A stretch of DNA of 60,515 bases, filler included, from Squatina squatina (taxonomy: Eukaryota): assembly GCA_031763465.1 (NCBI GenBank). It is 3 parts of 3 records of this genome, joined end to end, with 100 filler letters (N's around TTAATTAATTAA, not from the genome) between each part and the next. Parts side by side here need not be neighbours in the genome. Positions count along the whole stretch, not along the records: positions 39,028 to 60,515 come from JARFOE010000004.1; 2 more parts are not named here. One strand, given 5' to 3'. The notes beneath the pieces were generated by a model, which saw nothing but the letters and a program-made list of their open reading frames with translations, was not told where the DNA came from and searched no databases. The position numbers were made by a program, and so were the translations under genes. Positions 51,850-60,515 of this stretch are shown here, piece by piece; position 1 is the stretch's first letter, and every line of letters starts with the position of its first letter.

Positions 51850-52746
51850 TAACATGATGCATATTTATAACAAATTCCGGAGATCTATTCTCTAAGTAGT
51901 CAACACTCAGACTTAGTGGCACCAGAAGAGGGTTCACATAAAGAAGTCAAATCTCAAGACCATTAAATCATTAAGACGATAAATTTGGCGCGATTCTAAT
52001 ACACACTGGGAAATGGTATAACTGGCCCCCAACAAGTAGCCTCGATAGAAGGAACAGCTTCGGGCTTGACCCACATCGAAGAAGACATCTTTATGCAGAG
52101 CATCCAGAAGAAGAAGAAATAGCAGATCAACGGTGATCGTACGATCTGGGAAGAAACACACACGTAGCAGCAACATCGAGAAGACCGTATCCTCCGAAGA
52201 CCCTGAGGGAGGAAAGACATCACCCAAGTGAGCAGACCGCTCGTCAGAGGCGAAGGGGAAAAGGTTCAGGTCGAAACGACCCCTACCTGTGCGACCAAGA
52301 GTAACCTGGGCGAAGCGACCTGCACCCGGCTGGACGGACGCCATCGGAGTGAGCCACGAGGGTCCCAACAACGCAGTTAACTTTGGATTGGGTGAGATTA
52401 ACGCACGTGGGCTACACACTCCCAAGACGGTGGGGGCACAAACAAGGGGGTTCAGCGGCCACTCTCCTAGACTGTTAATTAAAGGGGACAGTAGCTTAGA
52501 GGCCACGTTGCGGCCTACCTATTGGTATTCCTTGAATTTGGCCTAGGGACAGGAAGCGCTGGTCTCTCTCTCTCTCTCCCACCATCTCTCCATCAACATT
52601 TGCCTGTGTATGTTAGTAGTAATCCGTTGTGTAAATAAACATTCCCATTCTTCTTAAGAAAACACTGTGTTTGTGTGTGTATGTTCATTGATTCCACTCT
52701 GAATACCATCCATACGCTTAGAAGTCCATATAAACCGAATCAGACA
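51850..52746 (+). mobile_element. Candidate solo or partial LTR
   Basis: Distinct CpG-containing block with TATAA (~52017), CT run, AATAAA (~52634), downstream GT-rich tract, ends ...cagaCA. No TG start or TSD found; left boundary uncertain. Confidence 0.35.
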
Positions 52747-53849
52747 GCTGACGGTTCTCTGCCCATAACCAAAAGCAGAAGGGCTGCTGTCATCACACAG
52801 CAAGACTCCAGGTTGGGGAGCAAGCAGAGTGTGCGACCTACAATGTCAACCTCTTCTCCGTCCTCTCGGAGAATGATGCAGGGCTATGGCGTGCGCCACC
52901 AGTGGCATAGCTGCCTGTGGCAGGTGAAGGGTTTGCTGGGCGTGCTGATGACGAGCAACTGGTACTGCCTGGCATCATCTTGGTGTGCCCTCATCTCTCT
53001 CTGCTCCAAAAGGAGCCGACGCCTGTGGTGTCGGTGGAGTTCCCAGTTCACCGCTAGCGCAGCCTCCATGGCCGACTATACCGATTTTTTGCACTCTTAA
53101 AGTGCTGACCCTAAGGCAAATTTAAATGTTGCTAATGCACTTTCCGAGTCGCAGACATGGCCTCCAACATGATTCCACCCGAAAAAGTTCAATTTTCCAA
53201 AACAACATGGCGTACCTTCCTGCCCCTTTAAATATCACTAAAAATCAAGGCAGTCAGTGTGTCACTACCCAAAAAATGGGGCGGTGTCACCGCTACTTTG
53301 TAGGTTTACAATTGCAGGCCTCCAATTGTACGGCAAGGCCACTTAGCGAATGAAACGGGCGTTCATCTCTTAACGCCTGTTTAGCGCTCTTTTACCGCTA
53401 GTGTTAGTGGTCCAATTGGGCACCCGTGGTCTTTTAATTACAAAAGTAAAGACCAAGGGCTAGATTTTAATGGGGAAGGTGGGGTGGGGTGGGGTGGGGG
53501 TTGCTACGAGGTGGTTGGGAAACCCGGGGGAACAGGTTTCCCGGAGACCCTGCTGACTTTAACGGCAGAGCCTGTTTTGCATGTAAAACCTCTGCTTTCC
53601 ACCTGCAGCCAGCCAAATTGAGAGGCTGGCTGTCTCCAGGCAGGTAGGCCTGCAGCACTAGGCTGTAAAGAGGAGGAAGGGAGGATTTGCATGAGGGACC
53701 AGGCCAGGAAAAAGATCAGGTCAGGTAAGGCCGGGAAGAGAATTGGGGGCTTAAGGCTAGGAAGAGGACCTGAGTGGGACCTGAAGAGCCTTGCGCGGCC
53801 ACCCAGCTTAAAGGGCACATTGTTCCTCGCCATTGATGTTTGTCATGTA

Positions 53850-53971
53850 TAGTTAGGAACAGGAGGAGGTCATCCAGCTCTTCGAGCCTGTACCACCATT
53901 CAGTTTGATCATGGCTGATCTGTATCTTCACTGCATCTACCCACCTTGGTTCCATAGCCCTTAATACCCTT
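53850..53971 (-). mobile_element. CR1-type LINE 3' tail
   Basis: ggaacaggaggaggtcatccagctcttcgagcctg...gatcatggctgatctg, as at 47946-48060. Confidence 0.7.
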
Positions 53972-54845
53972 NNNNNNNNNNNNNNNNNNNNNNNNNNNNN
54001 NNNNNNNNNNNNNNNNNNNNNNNNNNNNNNNNNNNNNNNNNNNNNNNNNNNNNNNNNNNNNNNNNNNNNNNCAAAATGAAAGTAATGGGTGATTTTAGTC
54101 TGCATGATTCGGAATTATAAAAATAGGCCTTCCGGTTTTCAGAGATAGTTGGCCAATGACGGAAACCTGCAGAGCAGCAGGTGAAGTGCTCTGGAGACAA
54201 AGAACAATACTCTTGCCTTTAATCAGAAAAATGTAGTTGAAGATTCGAGCATTTATGTAATGGAATTTAATGATTGAGATTTTACCTGTGCTGCTCTCTG
54301 GGAGGGGAGAGAATTATTAATAGAGGGTGAACAGCATTCTATTGGGGAGAGGATTATTAATGGTTGGGCAAAAGACATTCTACTAGCGACCTTCTGCAGC
54401 CAAGCAGTTTTTCAGTAGTTGCAAACATATTGAGCCCGGATATTGAGACACATCTGCTTCCAATATTTATTGGAAAAAATCCCACCCCCAACTCCGTGGA
54501 GTGGAAAGAAGGAACTGTTTTCACTTTGTGGTTCTGACTTTTTTATTTTGCTGGCCAAAAACCACCACACATGTGTTCACTAAATTGTAAAAAAACCCTG
54601 CGTTCCACACTATATTAATAATTAGATTATGTTGTGTCCAAATAAATGTATTATTAAGTTTCTGATTTTTTGAGGGAGTGGAAAGGAGTTGGTTTGTTGG
54701 TATGTTTAAGTAAACTAAATGGATCAAAAATGATCATTATCCATTTAGTAATTTGACTGCAAGCAGCCTGGTAGCTGTAATTTTCAACTTTTGGACTCCT
54801 TACTGGGAAACCCCCAGACCTTATGTTTTCTTCACAAAAACTTAC

Positions 54846-54960
54846 CATAATGCTATAATTCTTGTTCTGACTGAGAATCATAGTTCTGCTTACATTCTGG
54901 AGGGTAAGTTTTGCCCATCTCAAACAGGTCAATGGGATAGAGAAGCCAAACTGACTGGAT
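54846..54960 (-). other. Candidate orphan exon (115 nt), product unrecognised
   Basis: Acceptor ttctattctttctcatacag and donor ATG|GTAAGT; one frame open. Confidence 0.3.
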
Positions 54961-55034
54961 CTGTATGAGAAAGAATAGAATTGCAAGTTGTTTTACACCA
55001 TCCCAACTCCACCTTATCCATTCTGCTGCTCAAG

Positions 55035-55246
55035 TGTCAGCCATGACTCAGTTAGTGGCAGTCTTGCCTCTGTCTCAGAAGAGGTTCAAGACCCACTTGC
55101 AGACTTGAGTACAAAATCGAGGTTGACACTCCAGTGCAATAGTGAGGGAGTGCTACATTGTAACAGGTGCCACCTTTTGGATGCGGTCTTAAACCGAGAC
55201 CCAGTCTACTGTCTAAGATGGATGTAAAAGATCCCATGGTACTGGC
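55035..55246 (+). mobile_element. Deu-domain SINE 5' half
   Basis: Head with ggttcaagaccc B box, then gagggagtgct...taaaccgag...ggatgtaaaagatcccatgg. Confidence 0.8.
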
Positions 55247-57520
55247 NNNNNNNNNNNNNNNNNNNNNNNNNNNNNNNNNNNNNNNNNNNNNNNNNNNNNN
55301 NNNNNNNNNNNNNNNNNNNNNNNNNNNNNNNNNNNNNNNNNNNNNNTCATTTTCCTTCACTGAACAAAAATTAAAACAATCTCAACAAATAAGATATGTT
55401 TGGTGTTTTTACTGTAGTACTGATCTTTCTCATTTGACACGCTGAACTGTATTCTGTGATTGATGAGTCAACACGGAGAACCTGGTGGGAAGGGTTTCCA
55501 TTTTAGTTGCCTGAGTAACTGTTCCGCATTAACGCACCAAGCAGAAATGTAGCACCGTAGCACAGCTCCGTTTCCCTGCCATAACTACTTGCAACTGCCT
55601 GGTGCAAGTCCAATGTTCCCGTTCCGGACCATCCCCAGTTGTTTTCTGACCAGCCGATTAGTTATAGCACACTAGTCACGTTTAATCAACTACAAATTGC
55701 CGCATCTTTCATTTCCACCAGAAGGCTGATTTGACCCTTTCAAGAGAAATATATGCCAATGTCTCGCTGGCATGTTACATACACCTTCTGCAATTTAATT
55801 TTCAAACAACATCATGACATTCCTGAAGCGTAGAAAAATATAATTATAATTTCCATTTGTGAAGCATATGTACTGTAAAAATGTGATACAATTTCTTCTT
55901 TTAGGACAGCATTGGCCAAGAGTTCAGCTTTTAGATATACAATCACACATTACACACAAATGCTGCATTCAGCAGTTCTCCGGGTTTGTTATTTTTGTAC
56001 TGACTCCTAAATAATATCTTTATGAGTATCACTGATTTTTGCACATTGTGCTACATTTTAAAGTGCATAGAACATTGTTGGCATGAGCTTGAGCAGCAAA
56101 AGTTCCATCCAAGTCCAAACCAGATGTGTGTCATCATGGAATGACGTCTTTAAAGAATTGATTTTAAATCAGCTGGAACTCATATCATGTACTTATGATT
56201 TTAGCAGAAGTGTTCTGGACACATGTATAGGTGCATATAGCAAGCAGTAGTTCTCTTTATAAATAAAGATGGCAGAGGGAAATGAAAGCAACATGTTGGG
56301 ATGGTTGCCATTGCCTGGCAAGCTCAATACATTGTAAAGATATTAGTAATGCAGTCAAAGCTGGGCATCGAACTGAGGATACAAGTGGTGTGCAAAATGC
56401 GACATGCTGCCAAGATGGTGTCTGCCACAATCCATGCTTCATCTATAGGAAGCAGTGAGCAAAAATAAGTGTGTTGTAATAAATTGCAGTAAGATTCAGG
56501 ACTGTCTACTTTTTTTACACATATTTGTAGTTCATATTTTCAAAAGCAGCAAAAGCCTGTGTATCTCTTGAACGTGATACCCAGCATCTCTCTCAGCATG
56601 TCTGGGGAACACTGAGCATGTCATTTGCAGCAAGTCTGCAAGTGGGAAAGTGGTGTTAGTAATGAAGATTGCCACCATCTGGCTCACACCTGTGTTTTTG
56701 CTAATATAGCAGAAATGACTGAAGGATATTAATCCTGGTTGCAGTCCCTACTCGAACAAGGCCCTGTGACAGACAGAGTTTGTCCCAGTTGAGGAGTATT
56801 TGCTGACGTTTCACATTGTGCGTTTGATTGATAAGGTTCTACTTTCATGTAATCACTGGGGAGTCACACACATTACTGATTATTGAAGCATGGTTCATTC
56901 TCTGTATTCACAGAATGAAGGCACTCAAGTTTTGTGTAGTGTCGGTCCTGAATAATTTCAAAAAAGAGCACAAGATGCCTGCCTTAAAAGAGGTTTCTAA
57001 TCCCTTGGGGATAGCAGTAGCATAATCTGTAACATTGCATTTTTACTAGAAGAGCAGACATCTGAATAGTCTTTGACTGTATAAGCATTCTGTTCATTGT
57101 TAGAACAAATTGTTCACTCCTTTATGTGCCATATAATATCACAACTCCTGCTGTAGTGGAATATTACAAATACATTTTACTTGGATGATGCAGACAGATA
57201 TATATTTAACTATCTATACAAAATGGGAATGAAATATATGTATCCTTTCAACAATTTATATTTTTCTCCAGTTGCTTAAGAATAAATTTCTATTATACTT
57301 TATTTTAAAGTGCGGAAGATTGTTAAGCTTTTTCAAAGAATTTTGTGACTGTAGGTTATCTATTTTCTGGCTTGTTACAAAAAACTATAATTCTGGTAAT
57401 CCTGCTGAACATGAGACCGTAGCAAATACCAAAGCAAACCTAGTGTTAATAAAGATTAACGATAGATGTGCATTTTTCTTTATAGGGCTTTGACTTCCTT
57501 GTGGAAGTCTGAAAAATCTA

Positions 57521-57775
57521 GGTGGGCGAAATTCGGCACTTTTTAAAACCTCTTTATTGCCTTATTAAGGCGCTAAATCATCTTTTGACGTTTAAATGCC
57601 GATTTGCACCTCTCACAAAATTCGCCCCCAAATTTCTTTCGGCGCTAAACCTTTGCTCCTCCGTGGCCAGGCGAGATGCTGTTTCTGGAGGCGTTAGCTG
57701 CCGGTGATGTCATCAGTGCGCACAACGCCTCCGTGGCGCCTTGTTGCAAAATTCCCTAGACTCAACGCCTTAAGT
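57521..57775 (+). mobile_element. DNA transposon terminal segment (Harbinger-like)
   Basis: Starts ggtgggcgaaattcggca; homologous to 37105-37353. Confidence 0.6.
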
Positions 57776-57988
57776 GAGCTGAGAAAAATGCCTTGAAAAG
57801 TTGGCGCTGCACATCATTCACGGGCCGGTCCGCCATCTTGCTTGAAGGAATCAATAGCCAAATTAGTCTGAGTACTACCATTGGGATCNNNNNNNNNNNN
57901 NNNNNNNNNNNNNNNNNNNNNNNNNNNNNNNNNNNNNNNNNNNNNNNNNNNNNNNNNNNNNNNNNNNNNNNNNNNNNNNNNNNNNNNN

Positions 57989-58072
57989 TGGGGCGTGGGA
58001 TTAGTTGGATAGCTCTACCAAAGAGCTAGCACAGGCACGATGGGCAGAATGGCCTTCTTCTGTACTGTATGA
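57989..58072 (+). mobile_element. CR1-type LINE 3' tail
   Basis: gggattagttggatagctct...atgggcagaatggccttcttctgtactgt. Confidence 0.7.
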
Positions 58073-58139
58073 AATCCAATGCATATTAAATCCCAGCCAC
58101 CTTATAATGATCTAATGCTTCAGTGAGTATCCAGTAGAA

Positions 58140-58610
58140 ATAGTTACTCACTTGGTGAACATTGATTGAGTGGAAGCCATTATGGTTCACATATGGAGCA
58201 TGAAGGACCATATGAGTACCATCAGTGGCACCCTGGACATTTGGGAAACTTGCCATTTGGTGGAAAATCAGCTTGGGCCTGTTGCTGTCTGGCTTCCGTG
58301 TGGAAATTATGTAGTCATTTGCTCTGGCAAACAAAGAATGTTTCATCAGTTTTATATAATGTAATACTGCAGACTTACTGATATTGTTGATGCCTCTACT
58401 GCCCCTTGGAAAGAGCTGCTCAGTGCCAAAGTTCAAGATAGTTGTCACCTTGAATGTCACTGTCGGTGATGTGCCTCATTTAGAGTTGGGCTACAGGTCC
58501 TTTTACAACATGCTGAACAAAAATTGAAGCCTGCAAAGGCATCGCTGCTTTGTGAGGTCAAGAAATTCCTTACGGATCTGATATTTGGGTAACAGGTTAA
58601 TCGTAGGTAG
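58140..58610 (-). pseudogene. PIF/Harbinger (HARBI1-like) DDE transposase remnant
   Basis: KVTTILNF...ISKSAV...LFARANDYI...FPNVQGATDGTH..LHAPYVNHNGFHSINV; upstream EFLDLTKQRCLCRLQF in a shifted frame. Confidence 0.8.
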
Positions 58611-60279
58611 ATGTTGTCTTTGTACAATCACATCTGACTTTCTTGGCATCCAAACACACTTCTTCTGAACAGCACATGTATAAATAATAAAACCTCTGTT
58701 GTGCTTTGGTTAATGATGACAGCCCCAAATACTACTGGAAGCTCCTGCGTATAGTGTAGGCTTTACACTTTACACGTTTTTCCCCCTGCAGTGGATGAAA
58801 ATCCATTCCTCACTTTCTATTTCAATTTCTGCCTGTCTCTTTAAATTTTTCAGCATTTGACATGCAGTGTAAAGGAACTGAGTGGCAGTTGATATAGGAG
58901 CAGCCTGTGCTTGACCTGTGAGTAGCAGAAATAGAAGAAGCCGACACCCAAGCCACAGTGACATCACTTCTCCTTCATTCCATTTAATTTTAAATTATGG
59001 TCCAGTCAAACGTCCCACGCCCTTCCCATGACTGGAAGTGCATGTGAAGCGTAAAGGGGCTCCATCCCTTTCTCTTCTGTCTTGTGCCCCAAATATACTT
59101 GTAAATGGGCCCAATGCAGATGTATATCAGTCCTGTGATCGCAACCACTACAAGTCCCACGTGGACTTACTTCACTATTAAATATGAGGAAATAGAAGTT
59201 AATTAGTCATCCGGAACACTATATCAAGTCCAGAAATAAAATCTACATTCTGCCTCAAACATACTTTGCCGATATACTTGGTTATTTTTGTGATATTGTA
59301 GTCTAAGTGACATTAATTCTGTGTAAAAACATTTTAAGTCAGCATTCTCTGATCTCAAATTCCATAAAATAATTTAGATAATTTTAATTTTACAGTAGCA
59401 TGCACAAAATATTGGCAAACACAAACTTCACTATGTTCTGATTACCCCAAAATTTTTAATGCTATTATGCAGCGAAACAGAAACCATTTGTTTTTTTAAA
59501 AACGTTACTGCTGCCAAGCTGATTGTTATCTGAATTGATCTGAAAAGGCTAACAGTAGCTGAGTTATTTGATGGTTAGTTTATGGTAACAATAACCATTT
59601 GTAGCTTTTGCAAGTGGCTGAGGTTTCTTCAAGTCCTGTTTNNNNNNNNNNNNNNNNNNNNNNNNNNNNNNNNNNNNNNNNNNNNNNNNNNNNNNNNNNN
59701 NNNNNNNNNNNNNNNNNNNNNNNNNNNNNNNNNNNNNNNNNNNNNNNNNNNNNNNNNNNNNNNNNNNNNNNNNNNNNNNNNNNNNNNNNNNNNNNNNNNN
59801 NNNNNNNNNNNNNNNNNNNNNNNNNNNNNNNNNNNNNNNNNNNNNNNNNNNNNNNNNNNNNNNNNNNNNNNNCCTGATGGCCCATTTTCTGAGATCACAC
59901 TGCCAGTGGAAAGTCTTGTCTCCAGGAACGCCCTCATTCAATCTTTGGGGCATGACCTATGCCTCAATAAGTACATCAATGTGTTGTTCAAACAGTAGAG
60001 CTACTGGCAGCATTTACCACATGGCGGTTTTCTGCTTTTTGTGTTCCTGCATTTTCAAATATTTTCAGGTTTTTTTCTAGATTTTGCTGGAAATAATTTG
60101 AGCCTCATAATGCCCTGAAATGTATTCAATCTTGTTGGCTGGCTATCTGCTATCAGGTTGTCTACATCCTTCAGGGTGATCTCATGTATCAATAGAGACC
60201 GGGATATTAAGGATTCTGCCAGTTGGCATTGATTTAGGTACATCGCCTAATTTTAGCACATTAAAATAAAAAGGAAAAA

Positions 60280-60385
60280 TTGAAAATGTTGGAAATCTGA
60301 AATAAAAGCAGAAAATGCTGAAATACACCACAGATCAGTCAACATCTGCAAGGAGTAAAGGCGGGTTATGATGTTTCGGGTGAAC
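60280..60385 (-). mobile_element. Degenerate Penelope-like terminal repeat
   Basis: tgttggaaatctgaaataaaagcagaaaatgctgaaatac...cagtcaacatctg; hammerhead core eroded. Confidence 0.5.
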
Positions 60386-60515
60386 TAATTTCCATTTAGT
60401 CAACTTTCTTACCCTTACTTGTAAGATTGCTTAATTAGAAAGTTTCTGATCCTGGTCCTTGCTGGGATTTTCCAGTATAGGCCCCACTGGGACTTTCATT
60501 TTACAACAACTCAGT

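Noticed and set aside
51934-52506. 190-aa minus-strand ORF
   Set aside because: Non-ATG start, no recognisable domain, lies antisense within the LTR-like block
52884-53069. Possible Harbinger transposase N-terminus (MEAALAVNWELHRHHRRR)
   Set aside because: Resemblance is weak and no catalytic motifs follow

Overview
Eukaryotic, vertebrate DNA, most likely from a cartilaginous fish (inferred from Deu-domain SacSINE1-like SINEs and the CR1, L2, Penelope and Harbinger repeats). It is a fragmented draft assembly: three scaffolds joined by artificial N44-TTAATTAATTAA-N44 linkers, with many ~100-N gaps. Scaffold 1 (1-23686) has a head-to-head Zic pair (Zic3 exon 1 on -, a divergent Zic6-like exon 1 on +), followed by RBMX coding exons with the intronic C/D snoRNA SNORD61. 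Scaffold 2 (23787-38927) has the KLHL2 last exon and 3'UTR and six of the nine CPE exons (exons 1 and 4 partial). Scaffold 3 (39028-60515) has no recognisable host gene and is mostly repeats. The best biological leads are a Zic3/Zic6 bigene in an apparent chondrichthyan, minimal hammerhead ribozymes carried by Penelope-like elements, the conserved SNORD61, and a 39-bp locally templated insertion in an L2. An Illumina adapter remnant and two exons that break mid-sequence show that some oddities may be assembly artefacts. All family and gene calls come from recalled motifs, not database searches.
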